DNA of 54,067 bases, filler included, from an uncultured virus (IMG/VR IMGVR_UViG_2049941000_000645) (28 parts of one record of this genome joined end to end with filler, not necessarily neighbours in it), one strand, 5' to 3'. Positions 12,052 through 23,526 are shown, counted from the whole stretch's first letter. Program-made: numbers and translations. Notes: generated by a model not told the origin, from the sequence alone.

Positions 12052-12955
12052 NNNNNNNNNNNNNNNNNNNNNNNNNNNNNNNNNNNNNNNNNNNNTTAAT
12101 TAATTAANNNNNNNNNNNNNNNNNNNNNNNNNNNNNNNNNNNNNNNNNNNNCTTTGAAGATATAAATACTTATGCATTTCTTGCTACATCTACATATCAA
12201 AATGGTGAAATCATTCATATATCCATTGACGATGAAGAACGAATAGACACATATTCTTATATGGAAGGCGCATCTACAATTCGATNNNNNNNNNNNNNNN
12301 NNNNNNNNNNNNNNNNNNNNNNNNNNNNNNNNNNNNNNNNNNNNNNNNNNNNNNNNNNNNNNNNNNNNNNNNNNNNNNNNNNNNNNNNNNNNNNNNNNNN
12401 NNNNNNNNNNNNNNNNNNNNNNNNNNNNNNNNNNNNNNNNNNNNNNNNNNNNNNNNNNNNNNNNNNNNNNNNNNNNNNNNNNNNNNNNNNNNNNNNNNNN
12501 NNNNNNNNNNNNNNNNNNNNNNNNNNNNNNNNNNNNNNNNNNNNNNNNNNNNNNNNNNNNNNNNNNNNNNNNNNNNNNNNNNNNNNNNNNNNNNNNNNNN
12601 NNNNNNNNNNNNNNNNNNNNNNNNNNNNNNNNNNNNNNNNNNNNNNNNNNNNNNNNNNNNNNNNNNNNNNNNNNNNNNNNNNNNNNNNNNNNNNNNNNNN
12701 NNNNNNNNNNNNNNNNNNNNNNNNNNNNNNNNNNNNNNNNNNNNNNNNNNNNNNNNNNNNNNNNNNNNNNNNNNNNNNNNNNNNNNNNNNNNNNNNNNNN
12801 NNNNNNNNNNNNNNNNNNNNNNNNNNNNNNNNNNNNNNNNNNNNNNNNNNNNNNNNNNNNNNNNNNNNNNNNNNNNNNNNNNNNNNNNNNNNNNNNNNNN
12901 NNNNNNNNNNNNNNNNNNNNNNNNNNNNNNNNNNNNNNNNNNNNNNNNNNNNNNN

Positions 12956-13603
12956 NTAAGATTACCGTTATTGGAATCAGTGAACAACAATGCATCACCG
13001 GCCGCAATTCCAATACTTGCACTAGTCGCCGTAATCGTACCAGTATTAGTAATATTACCGTGACTATGCGCGGCAGGCGTTACACCAGTAATCTCGACTT
13101 CAGTTATCCCAGTTACTTGACCGTATGTATTAGTCGTAATCTGCGGAACCTTGGTCGCCGTACCCTTGGATGTATAAGCAGTTTGCGTATCGAGTGCATC
13201 TTGCTTACTGTTCCAAACATATTTCTCATCAGTAGTTACGAGAGATACATCCGTACCACCAGAAGCAGCAGCCTTACTGGTCAAGTTTGACGCAATAGTT
13301 ATCTTGTCATTTGTCGCATCAGGCGTCAATGTAATATAATTACCTGCCGACAAAGTCAAAGTATCGGTCTTCGTATCGGCTTCGATTGTCGTACTTCCGA
13401 CCTTAATATTGCTAAATGCATTCTGGTTAACTTCTGCGCCTGTCGCAATACCTTCCAACTTAGTCTTATCGGCAGAGCTCATAACACCGTCTGTGCTGGT
13501 TGTTGCGAGTGGCAGATTAACGCCAGTTCCAGACTTAAGGTTACTTCCACCATTTATGGTAACACTCTGAACAGCCGTATCAGCCTTGGCACCCTGTGCT
13601 GAG
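12956..13603 (-). CDS. Tail fibre protein, partial
   Basis: AQGAKADTA, ATTSTDGVMSSADKTKLEGIATGAEVNQNAFS, VPQITTNTYGQVT, HSHGNITNTG. Confidence 0.8.
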
Positions 13604-14015
13604 NNNNNNNNNNCGGAGGCGCCGTCGCCGAGCACGTCGTAGTTGGGGTTCCAGACCATAATCTTGTTTCCGGAATAGTCGGTTGTGAGGAATGTCGTCA
13701 CGATGTCCTTGCCGTACTTCTCCGTACCGTATCCCATGCAGGAAATCGCCATGCCGGTAGATGCGCTATGTTCGCATGTCCATTGTAATGTATACGGCCC
13801 GTTGGAATTGGCGAACTCGGCGTGGGCATTGTACCTGCCTCCCGACAGGACTCCCGGGATGTAGCGCTCGTCGGCGAACACCTCGGTACCGGAACCGTCG
13901 GTGACAGTCGCAAATNNNNNNNNNNNNNNNNNNNNNNNNNNNNNNNNNNNNNNNNNNNNTTAATTAATTAANNNNNNNNNNNNNNNNNNNNNNNNNNNNN
14001 NNNNNNNNNNNNNNN

Positions 14016-14973
14016 TCCGACCTATTAGATTCGGCAGTACCGTTACCGATTACGAATAACGCATTTGCAGATGTCTTGTTATATGTACCCTGGACATGCA
14101 TGTTGCTTGAACCGGCAATAGTAAAGCTACCTTCCGCATGGGAATTAGAACCGTTCGCCCTTGTACTTTGACCCTCGGTATGTGCGCAATCACCGTTAGC
14201 CGATGTTGCAGAACCTTCAGCATGTGCATATGGTTTAAATGCACCCGTTTTACGGCCTTCTGTATGCGAATATCCAGCATATGCGCTAGTTTCATATCCC
14301 TCAGCATGTGAATTGGTACCGCTGGCCAGCGTATAGGATCCTTCCGCATGAGAATATGTATATATAGCCGACGTACCAACACCTTCTGCATGCGTTCCAT
14401 CATTTTGCGCATAAGTATTCTGACCCTCGGCATGCGCTGCAAATCCTACCGCAGAAGTATATTGTCCTTCGGAATGGCTGGCCTGGCCAGAAGCAATAGT
14501 TTTCTGCCCTTCTGCATGTGCATACCATTGTACGGCTGATGTTTGANNNNNNNNNNTAGTACCTATGATTGCCGTTATATCGGTTGCCTTATCCAAATCC
14601 CAATCAAGAATCTGACAGTTAGGAACCCAGTCTGCCTGATCGATGGTTCCGTATTTCCATCTATCTGCATCCCGCATAAGGGATTCCCTGGTACCGCCTT
14701 CAACCAGGGTAAGCTCCTCGGGAATACCGGTTATATAATCTTTACCCGAAAGCATAGGTACACCAGTATTAGTTCCATCACCATATACAAATGCGCTAGA
14801 CAGATTCGTACCTTCTGTAANNNNNNNNNNTCTGTATGTGAATAATTGCCGTATGCAACTGTCGTCTGCCCCTCTGAATGTGATGCGGTTCCAGTAGCAC
14901 TTGTACTTAAACCTTCAGCATGTGACCATTCTGCTGCTGCCAATGTCTGCTGACCTTCGGCATGCGATTCTGG
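14016..14973 (-). CDS. Fibre/adhesin with 14-aa SHAEG (YadA-head-like) repeats, partial
   Basis: More than 12 xHAEGxxTxA repeats followed by LFVIGNGT. Confidence 0.85.
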
Positions 14974-15609
14974 NNNNNNNNNNNNNNNNNNNNNNNNNNN
15001 NNNNNNNNNNNNNNNNNNNNNNNNNNNNNNNNNNNNNNNNNNNNNNNNNNNNNNNNNNNNNNNNNNNNNNNNNNNNNNNNNNNNNNNNNNNNNNNNNNNN
15101 NNNNNNNNNNNNNNNNNNNNNNNNNNNNNNNNNNNNNNNNNNNNNNNNNNNNNNNNNNNNNNNNNNNNNNNNNNNNNNNNNNNNNNNNNNNNNNNNNNNN
15201 NNNNNNNNNNNNNNNNNNNNNNNNNNNNNNNNNNNNNNNNNNNNNNNNNNNNNNNNNNNNNNNNNNNNNNNNNNNNNNNNNNNNNNNNNNNNNNNNNNNN
15301 NNNNNNNNNNNNNNNNNNNNNNNNNNNNNNNNNNNNNNNNNNNNNNNNNNNNNNNNNNNNNNNNNNNNNNNNNNNNNNNNNNNNNNNNNNNNNNNNNNNN
15401 NNNNNNNNNNNNNNNNNNNNNNNNNNNNNNNNNNNNNNNNNNNNNNNNNNNNNNNNNNNNNNNNNNNNNNNNNNNNNNNNNNNNNNNNNNNNNNNNNNNN
15501 NNNNNNNNNNNNNNNNNNNNNNNNNNNNNNNNNNNNNNNNNNNNNNNNNNNNNNNNNNNNNNNNNNNNNNNNNNNNNNNNNNNNNNNNNNNNNNNNNNNN
15601 NNNNNNNNN

Positions 15610-16020
15610 TCCGATGCGGAAAGGTAGTTCCCAGAAATAGAACTGGACAGCTCGGAAATCATCTCGTCAATCTGGGCGGTCGTGTAGTAGGGCTGCAATG
15701 CGCCCTTGGCCTGCCATTCGCCCTTGGTCGGGTCCGGTTCCGCGGGTGCCGGGCCGGCAGTATATACCCACTGCCAGTACGTCTGGCACCCGGACTCGGT
15801 CTCGTCGTTGAGGACCTTAACTATGTCGTAGTCGGTTATATACAGGCCGGGGTCGGAACCGTCGAACAGGTCACCGGACGTCGCCGTGAACGATGAATAT
15901 GACTCGTAGATCGTTATGACGTCGGTCGCGTTCNNNNNNNNNNTCGGCCACCGTATTCCTGTCCCACTTCACGGCGCTCAGGCCGCTGGAACCGGTAAAA
16001 TCGTCGTATATATAACTCAT
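15610..16020 (-). CDS. Virion structural/fibre protein, N-terminal part
   Basis: ATG at 16020 downstream of a late promoter; VKVLNDET...YWQW...PYYTTAQID. Confidence 0.55.
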
Positions 16021-16046
16021 AGTTACAAAACCCTTTAATTCTTTAT

Positions 16047-16058
16047 TATTTATAAATA
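16047..16058. promoter_or_regulatory. Palindromic TATTTATAAATA: two overlapping T4-type late promoters
   Basis: TATAAATA on both strands; ATG at 16020 (-) and a candidate ATG at 16065 (+). Confidence 0.7.
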
Positions 16059-16169
16059 AGTTATATGGANNNNNNNNNNNNNNNNNNNNNNNNNNNNNNN
16101 NNNNNNNNNNNNNTTAATTAATTAANNNNNNNNNNNNNNNNNNNNNNNNNNNNNNNNNNNNNNNNNNNN

Positions 16170-16365
16170 GTCCGGGTGTAGGTCCCGGAGGCGTAGGACC
16201 CGGAGGCGTAGGACCTGGAGGGGTCGGGCCAGGAGGCGTAGGACCGGGGCCTGGAGGTACGGGACCGGGGGGAACTGGGCCCGGTGGAACGGGCGAGCCG
16301 CCATAGGACAGTACCCACTGGGGGTAGTCGTTGCCGGCGTTGTATATGGAATCTCTAATCTTCAT
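16170..16365 (-). CDS. Pro/Gly/Thr-rich protein with PGP(V/T)P repeats, partial
   Basis: 15-bp coding repeat; minus-strand TATAAATA at 16373-16380 just upstream. Confidence 0.75.
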
Positions 16366-16434
16366 CTTATATTATTTATAGCTGTCCAGATTTTTGGAAT
16401 ATTTCCGTATAAGGTAAACGTTTAAGAAAACTTA

Positions 16435-16443
16435 CTATATTTG
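16435..16443 (+). promoter_or_regulatory. Candidate host-sigma (early) promoter element CTATATTTG (TAnnTTTG type)
   Basis: Intergenic, upstream of a small ORF and nrdD; same 9-mer precedes the NUDIX gene. Confidence 0.5.
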
Positions 16444-16474
16444 ATACGTAAACATTTTTTAGAGGTAATGACAT

Positions 16475-16615
16475 ATGATGTACGATACTAGTTGGGAACG
16501 TTGGCTGTACGACGCAATCAATCACATACCACACGGCGTGTCCGCCGGGGAAGCCGTCAAGATGGAAGAGGCACTTAGGGAGCTGGTTCGACGGATCGAG
16601 ACCACGGGCCTGTAA
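16475..16615 (+). CDS. Small hypothetical protein (46 aa)
   Basis: MMYDTSWERW...IETTGL*, preceded by AGAGGT; absent from the ORF track. Confidence 0.6.
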   Translation: MMYDTSWERWLYDAINHIPHGVSAGEAVKMEEALRELVRRIETTGL

Positions 16616-16695
16616 TAAATAAAACACGCTCAAGTCGGCAGGCTTCTGCCAGTGATGTGATTTCGATGTTTACAGTATGTTTATAAAGAGGAAAT

Positions 16696-17446
16696 ATGAT
16701 CAAAAACGTAANNNNNNNNNNGAATGTAATAGAGAAGACATTGATGTCGAAGGATTTTGGCGGGGTCGCCAAGTCTTTTATTTTATACAGGGACGAACGT
16801 AACCGCGCGAGAGAGACGAAGTCCGAGATCGTCAAGACGATCAAGGAGATTACGGAATCCGACATCAAGAGCTCGAACATATTACGAGATAACGCCAACG
16901 AGTCCGGCGCGACACCCGCCGGGACGTACGGCAAGATTGCGTCCGAAACGAACAAGATGTACAACCTACTCAACAACATCAACAGGAAGTACGCGCAGGA
17001 ACACAAGGACGGCCATCTGCATATCCATGATCTCAACCAGTACAACCTGACGTTCAACTGTCTCTTCGCCCCGGTCGGCAAGCTGCTCAGGGCGGGTTTC
17101 GACTCCGGTACCGGCTACCTCCGCTCTCCCAAGTCGATCCAGACCGCGGCCGCGCNNNNNNNNNNTACCGTTCTCTTCCCTGAACTTCGGCCTCAACACT
17201 TCCAACTGCGGCCGCATGATTAGCAAGAACCTCATCAAGTCCCAGATGGAAGGCCTCGGCGACGGCCTTACCGCCATTTTCCCGATCCTCATCTTCAAGC
17301 TCCTGAAGGGCTATACGAAAAATCCAGAAGACCCGAACTACGACCTGTACCTCGACTCCATCAAGTGCCTCGCACGTCGTTTCTACCCGAACTTCGTCCG
17401 CGTGGACAGCTCGTTCAACCTCCCGTACATCAAGTACGAGAGCCAG
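16696..17446 (+). CDS. nrdD: Anaerobic (class III) ribonucleotide reductase, N-terminal part
   Basis: ATP-cone VAKSFILYRDER, DNAN, HKDGHLHIHDL, TFNC, LNFGLNTS, TAIFPILIFK, RFYPNF. Confidence 0.93.
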
Positions 17447-17546
17447 NNNNNNNNNNNNNNNNNNNNNNNNNNNNNNNNNNNNNNNNNNNNTTAATTAATT
17501 AANNNNNNNNNNNNNNNNNNNNNNNNNNNNNNNNNNNNNNNNNNNN

Positions 17547-17856
17547 ATTAACTGTATCGGTATGGCTTCCAGACGACAATGTCTCGAATGCGTCCTCGAT
17601 AGATTCCTTACTCGCATGGAGACATCCGTTAAACGTATTGTTAAGCTGCGACGTAGAATGATACGCTTCTATCGTAGGAATTTCTGTCAACCCCATCATA
17701 GACATAAACGCGTTATTGGCGCCCGTACTACAATTGGGCAGGTTAATCGGACCCATTGAAGTTACATTCCAGCAACGGTCGAACGCATATCCCATATTGG
17801 AAATTGATGTCGAACGCAATGCGGGCAACGTACCGACAAGGTTGTTCTTGAACCAG
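17547..17856 (-). CDS. BspA/DUF285-like repeat protein fragment
   Basis: SISNMGYAFDRC...LTEIPTI...NNTFNGC repeats. Confidence 0.55.
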
Positions 17857-17956
17857 NNNNNNNNNNNNNNNNNNNNNNNNNNNNNNNNNNNNNNNNNNNN
17901 TTAATTAATTAANNNNNNNNNNNNNNNNNNNNNNNNNNNNNNNNNNNNNNNNNNNN

Positions 17957-18397
17957 GCCCTGGCTCGACAGGTCGTTGCGTCGGTAATAGTTGCACAGTA
18001 CATACGGTTCGGTACGGGACTTTTTCAGGTTCTGCGAGCCCATGTATATCTGCGGGACGCACAGGACGTCGAGTTCGGTCCTGCTGAATTCGTCGGGCAG
18101 TTCCTTTTCCCATCCGTCGCGGAACCAGAAATACTCGTCGTCATCGGCGAACAGCACGTAGTCGCCGTCCGCAAAACCGTACCTGTTGCCGTTCATTATG
18201 TCATCGAAAAGCCTCCACTGGTCGGGCCAGCCCTCCAGTCTCTCGTACGTACCGACGACAACCGAGCGTATATCGACAGGGGACTCGTTATCTATCACAT
18301 GGATAATGGTATTCCCGAAAGAACCGTAATAACGGTACCAGTACATAAAGTCGACGATATCGTACGATTTCGTCAGACATACAATATGCAGTTTCAT
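17957..18397 (-). CDS. Glycosyltransferase (GT2_4/GT92-like), partial
   Basis: DFMYWYRYY, IHVIDNES, YVLFADDDEY; starts 2 nt after the uvsY-like stop. Confidence 0.8.
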
Positions 18398-18399
18398 CG

Positions 18400-18791
18400 T
18401 TAAAATGTCGCCGAGAGGATTTTCTTGTATTCTATATAGTTCTTTATCGTGAACGCGAGGTTCTTGATGTTGTCGAGGGTCGCCTCGATGAATTCCAGGA
18501 TATATTTCTGCTGGTTGACCTGCTTGAGCTTCGTCACGTATGCCGGGTTACAGCTTATCTGTGTCTCTATGCCTTTAGAATTGTCCCATATCTCGTTTAC
18601 CGTGATACCATAGGATTTCTGCAGGTCCGCAGTCTGCCGCGAGAACTTGAAGCACTTGTAGAGATCCCCGTATATCTGGGCCAGTTCCACGTTCAGGTTG
18701 GACATGATGAATTTCTGGTTGCTGTACAGCTTCTGCCAGTCCTGCACAATGGCGGGCAGGAGGTTGTTCTTCGTCATAACGTCCTCGAAGG
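18400..18791 (-). CDS. uvsY: UvsY-like recombination mediator, partial
   Basis: Helical; C-terminal LEFIEATLDNIKNLAFTIKNYIEYKK resembles T4-like UvsY. Confidence 0.7.
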
Positions 18792-18801
18792 NNNNNNNNN
18801 N

Positions 18802-19159
18802 CGAGATTATAGAGGCATGCAGGAAGCCGTATATTTCCGGCATCACAATCCTTGGCGGCGAGCCGATGGAGAAAGAGAACCAGGAAGTTCTTGTCGGTTT
18901 CATCGAACGGTTCAGGGCAGCATGCCCCGACAAGAACATATGGTTGTTTACCGGTTATGTCTACGATAAGGACCTGCTGCCGGGTCAGAGACAGCATATA
19001 GACGGCGTGACCGAATCGATACTGGACGCGGTCGACATCCTGGTGGACGGCCCGTTCATCAAGGAAGAGCGAGACCTCACGCTAAGATTCAGGGGAAGTC
19101 GGAACCAAAGACTGCTGACGAAAGACAACCGGAAAGACTTGAAGATAAAAAATAAATAA
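18802..19159 (+). CDS. nrdG: NrdD-activating radical SAM protein, C-terminal part
   Basis: GITILGGEP, IWLFTGY, DILVDGPF, FRGSRNQR. Confidence 0.93.
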
Positions 19160-19790
19160 TAAAACAAAGGACGCATCAAGCGNNNNNNNNNNNNNNNNNN
19201 NNNNNNNNNNNNNNNNNNNNNNNNNNNNNNNNNNNNNNNNNNNNNNNNNNNNNNNNNNNNNNNNNNNNNNNNNNNNNNNNNNNNNNNNNNNNNNNNNNNN
19301 NNNNNNNNNNNNNNNNNNNNNNNNNNNNNNNNNNNNNNNNNNNNNNNNNNNNNNNNNNNNNNNNNNNNNNNNNNNNNNNNNNNNNNNNNNNNNNNNNNNN
19401 NNNNNNNNNNNNNNNNNNNNNNNNNNNNNNNNNNNNNNNNNNNNNNNNNNNNNNNNNNNNNNNNNNNNNNNNNNNNNNNNNNNNNNNNNNNNNNNNNNNN
19501 NNNNNNNNNNNNNNNNNNNNNNNNNNNNNNNNNNNNNNNNNNNNNNNNNNNNNNNNNNNNNNNNNNNNNNNNNNNNNNNNNNNNNNNNNNNNNNNNNNNN
19601 NNNNNNNNNNNNNNNNNNNNNNNNNNNNNNNNNNNNNNNNNNNNNNNNNNNNNNNNNNNNNNNNNNNNNNNNNNNNNNNNNNNNNNNNNNNNNNNNNNGC
19701 AGTATCCGCAATACGTGAATTATACGCTCGCCACGATACTCATATTCGTCCTGCTCGCACTGAAACTTAAATACGACAAGGGTAAGAAGA

Positions 19791-20284
19791 ATGAATCCGA
19801 CAAACCTCGTAAACACGATCGACGTGAGCCAGCTGGACAACGGCTGCGCAAAGGCGCTGCGCTACAAGATCAAGTGCTACGTTAAACAGGAAAAGACAGA
19901 AGAACCGGAAGAGCCCGCTGACGCTACCGACTGGAAAATCTCGATTGACAATTTCAAGAAGGTATACTCCGACGTCGAGCTTCCCGGCTATATACCGGAA
20001 TACTGCCTGGCGCACGAATACCAGTTCATTACCGATCACGATTGGCGCAAGTATACGGACGACGCGAGCCTACAGGAACTCATATTCANNNNNNNNNNGG
20101 ACGCTTTGTCCCCGATGGAAACTGCCGGGTACGTTACCAGCCGTATCATGCAATGCAGTAACGGCCTCAGAATCAGTACGCGGCGGAGCGGGGGGAATGT
20201 ACTCGTATGTAACGGCAAGTTTTTCGACCGGTTGAAAGATCTCACCGGTAACTTCCAGGGGCCGTTTTTCGCTAAATTGAACGG
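19791..20284 (+). CDS. hypothetical protein
   Basis: ORF with ATG, gapped. Confidence 0.5.
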
Positions 20285-20492
20285 NNNNNNNNNNTCATGG
20301 TAAACTGGACGGTACGGCTTGTCAGGGCGGAGTTTGACGGGGACAAACCCGAGGCGGTCATGTCGTTTACCGGGAAGGGAGAAACCGACTGCGGCATGGT
20401 ACTCGTCAAGGACGAGGCGAACGGCAGGTACGTCCTCGCAGACAGTTTCCCTGATACCGGGAAGTATTACCTTTACATAAGGATTGTTTAAC

Positions 20493-20647
20493 ATGAACTA
20501 CAGCAAGATAGACCCGATGAGCATAGTGGACGGCGACGGGTGCCGTGTAAGCCTTTTCGTTTCCGGATGCAGGAACCACTGCGATGGATGCTTCAACCCC
20601 GAGACGTGGAATTTCGACTACGGCCAGCAATTCGACGGTATCGCGGA
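20493..20647 (+). CDS. nrdG: NrdD-activating radical SAM protein, N-terminal part (displaced)
   Basis: VDGDGCRVSLFVSGCRNHCDGCFNPETW (CxxxCxxC). Confidence 0.93.
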
Positions 20648-21125
20648 NNNNNNNNNNNNNNNNNNNNNNNNNNNNNNNNNNNNNNNNNNNNTTAATTAAT
20701 TAANNNNNNNNNNNNNNNNNNNNNNNNNNNNNNNNNNNNNNNNNNNNAAAACTAGAACAGATACGCAAGCGTATCGAGGACTTCATCAAGAAGAATACGT
20801 CCGAATACCAGAATATCGACAAAAAATCCGGCAATTCCGACACGGGAAAATCCGCCGAAGCCGGCACTACTAGCCCGGTATTCGACGACACCCCGAAAAC
20901 GAAGAAAAGAAAAACCAGAAAAGTATCGAACGGATAAGGAATACACAATGAACATACTCGAATGCGCTGCGTCCCTCATCGACGATGAAATGCTTACCGA
21001 AGGCGAGCTCAAGACCGCCTTCGCCTCCGTCAACGGCCAGACCAACAGGTTCTTCGACGTGCTCGAAAGGCCCGCGACGAAGATAATGCCCTTGCCCAAG
21101 GACCCGAACAAACCGNNNNNNNNNN

Positions 21126-21523
21126 ATCACCCCGGGGTTAGGTATCGGGGGTACGAGCAAATCTATGTCCTTGACGTTCAGTATGTCGAGCAGGATCCTT
21201 ATTTTCCGCAGGATATCCTTCTTGTGACCGGTATACGTGAGGTCGCGAACCATGTTCTGCAAGCTGTGCATCCACCTCGTATAGTTATGACTCTTCAGGC
21301 TCCGTATGTTGAAGCCGCACTGGAGCTTTTCCTCGGTCGGGTAAGCCTTCGCCAGGAGATGATGGGCGACCACGTGTTCCTTCGGCGTAAGGTATATTAT
21401 GTTGGCCGCGATATCCGGGCCGTTCAGTCCCCGCGGGACGATATGGTGCTTCTCGTAGATGACCGACTCCGGCCTGCCGGCAGCCTTGGCGATAAGCTGG
21501 TAATATATGCGCAGGTAGTTCAT
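21126..21523 (-). CDS. HNH endonuclease (T4 Mob-like), partial
   Basis: MNYLRIYYQLI...EKHHIVPRGLNG...NIIYLTPKEHVVAHHLL. Confidence 0.85.
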
Positions 21524-21624
21524 ACGGGACTAGAAAATAACGAACTCCTGATCACACACGGTGGAATCGTTGCCGTCGACCTCAACGCACTTCTTGTACA
21601 TCTCTTCCGACGCGNNNNNNNNNN

Positions 21625-22110
21625 GCCAACATTGACAAGAACCTCTTCCAGAACGAGAAGAAGCTCGCTGATGTCGACCTGCAGCGCGTTTTCGGCAAGG
21701 GCTACTATACGAACAGCCATATGCTCGACTATTCCCTGGAAACGACTCTTGACAACAAGATCAAGATGGAAGCCCCGTACCACAAGATTACGAACGCGGG
21801 CCATATCTTCTACTACAAGCTGAACGGCGACCTGTCGAAGAACCTCGACGCTGTCAAGGCGACAATCGACGCGATGTACGACGGCGACCTCGGGTACTTC
21901 ACCTGCACGTTCGACAGCGATACGTGCACAAAGTGCCACTTCCACGGTATCATCGACAACGAGTGCCCGTGCTGTGGGAACAACGACGAGAACGAGATTA
22001 TCCGCGTGAGGAGAATTACCGGATACCTTACTGGAAGCCCCAAGAAGACGATTTTCAAGTCATGGAATGACGGAAAATTGGCAGAATTGAGGGACAGGCA
22101 CAATATCTAG
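21625..22110 (+). CDS. nrdD: Anaerobic ribonucleotide reductase, C-terminal part
   Basis: GYYTNSH, EAPYH, NAGHI, CTKC...CPCC, RVRRITGYL glycyl-radical motif. Confidence 0.95.
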   Translation, partial: ANIDKNLFQNEKKLADVDLQRVFGKGYYTNSHMLDYSLETTLDNKIKMEAPYHKITNAGHIFYYKLNGDLSKNLDAVKATIDAMYDGDLGYFTCTFDSDTCTKCHFHGIIDNECPCCGNNDENEIIRVRRITGYLTGSPKKTIFKSWNDGKLAELRDRHNI

Positions 22111-22219
22111 TAAAATAACNNNNNNNNNNNNNNNNNNNNNNNNNNNNNNNNNNNNNNNNNNNNTTAATTAATTAANNNNNNNNNNNNNNNNNNNNNNNNN
22201 NNNNNNNNNNNNNNNNNNN

Positions 22220-22421
22220 TCAGGGCCTGTTTCCCGGTGACGTACAGCTGACAATGCTGCAGCGGGAACTGGTCATCCTGCCATACCCTGTCCTTCGCAT
22301 ATTCCGTGACCAACTCGCAATCTATACCCGCCATCTTCAGTTTCGAAAAGATATAAGCGGCCCCGGTGCTTTTCCCCGAACCTGGTCCCGCGTAAAGATT
22401 GACCAATAACGTATCTTTCAT
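22220..22421 (-). CDS. P-loop kinase/ATPase (AAA_28, NadR/Ttd14-like), N-terminal part
   Basis: VNLYAGPGSGKST...ELVTEYAKDRVW. Confidence 0.85.
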
Positions 22422-22808
22422 TTAATCTATCCTCTGTAATTCATATAATGTCTTCAGGTTGTTTAACAATATCTCGAAGCTCGCGACATCGCGACTGAGC
22501 TCTATCTTAAACGTATCGTGTATCGCCGTATCGCCAGGTTCCAGCATATATGTCGCATCGTCCCTCTCGTAGAACAAGATCGGAAAATGAAGCGCGAACT
22601 TCCCGCTATCCCTATCCCATGTCTCGTCATGGACAGTCACGCCGTACGCCAGATAATTACCGGGCGGTTCATACGGGTAAATATTAACCCTGTTGAGATC
22701 CTCGTCATAATAAGGTTCGCGAAACTCATGGCATTCGTACCAGCTCGCCCAAGACGCGTCAACCGTCCTCCCGTCATTCTTGATAAGCTTATAATGAATC
22801 GGTTTCAT
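22422..22808 (-). CDS. hypothetical protein
   Basis: Complete ORF tightly packed in the NUDIX-kinase operon. Confidence 0.65.
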   Translation of the reverse strand: MKPIHYKLIKNDGRTVDASWASWYECHEFREPYYDEDLNRVNIYPYEPPGNYLAYGVTVHDETWDRDSGKFALHFPILFYERDDATYMLEPGDTAIHDTFKIELSRDVASFEILLNNLKTLYELQRID

Positions 22809-22809
22809 G

Positions 22810-23085
22810 TCAGTCCAGTACCTTAAGCGTCGCATTCGTCAACTGGTTTTCAAGATCGGCGGCAAGTTCCTGCAAAGGCGGAAATTTAAACTTATACTTT
22901 TGCGAGGCGATATCCATGGCGCGTGCGGCCAGGAACGCGTTTACCATTTTAGGCGGCGTCTTATGATGTATCTCATACAGCTTGTTGCCAAAATCAATAT
23001 ACAGCGTAAGGAAATCCAGTACGTCGTCTTTATAATGCCTATACCTGTCATGTTTCTTGAGATTATACTTGTCTTCCAGCCGCAT
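22810..23085 (-). CDS. hypothetical protein
   Basis: Complete ORF overlapping the NUDIX 3' end. Confidence 0.65.
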   Translation of the reverse strand: MRLEDKYNLKKHDRYRHYKDDVLDFLTLYIDFGNKLYEIHHKTPPKMVNAFLAARAMDIASQKYKFKFPPLQELAADLENQLTNATLKVLD

Positions 23086-23521
23086 TCTTCTTGTACTCCC
23101 TGTAACGTTCCATGCATATCTTCACCAGCGGGCCGAGGCTCCTGAAATATATCCCGTAATTGTCCGGCGCGACCAGCTTGTACCCGTCGACCTCGAGCGG
23201 CATACGTCCCTCGAAACTGAAATATGTCGAGCAGCTCAGTTTCTGCAGGTCTACCGCCGTTTCAGCCACGTACAGGTGAAGATCCTTGTATTTCGTATAG
23301 AGGAACAGCCCGCAGTCGAACAAGTCCTCTTTCTTGAGCGTGATATTCGCCTCTTCCTTCAGTTCCCTCAACGCGGTATCTATATGCGTCTCGCCCGCCT
23401 CGACATGCCCTTTCGGAATGTCGTAATTGCCCGGCCGCCACGGATGACACGACGGATGGCACGCGAGCAGCTGGCCCGTGGCCTTGTCGATAATTATGAC
23501 ACCGCAACTTATAGCTTTCAT
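23063..23521 (-). CDS. NUDIX hydrolase
   Basis: PKGHVEAGETHIDTALRELKEE Nudix box; SCGVII. Confidence 0.92.
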   Translation of the reverse strand: MKAISCGVIIIDKATGQLLACHPSCHPWRPGNYDIPKGHVEAGETHIDTALRELKEEANITLKKEDLFDCGLFLYTKYKDLHLYVAETAVDLQKLSCSTYFSFEGRMPLEVDGYKLVAPDNYGIYFRSLGPLVKICMERYREYKKNAAGRQV

Positions 23522-23526
23522 GTTTT

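Noticed and set aside
16376..16695. Possible ncRNA or riboswitch upstream of nrdD
   Set aside because: Mostly explained by a 46-aa ORF and promoters; only a 5-bp hairpin (16637-16650) remains; no tRNA seen anywhere in the window
21126..21614. Group I intron with HNH inside nrdD
   Set aside because: Opposite strand, preceded by another ORF's stop, separated by N gaps; no intron core visible
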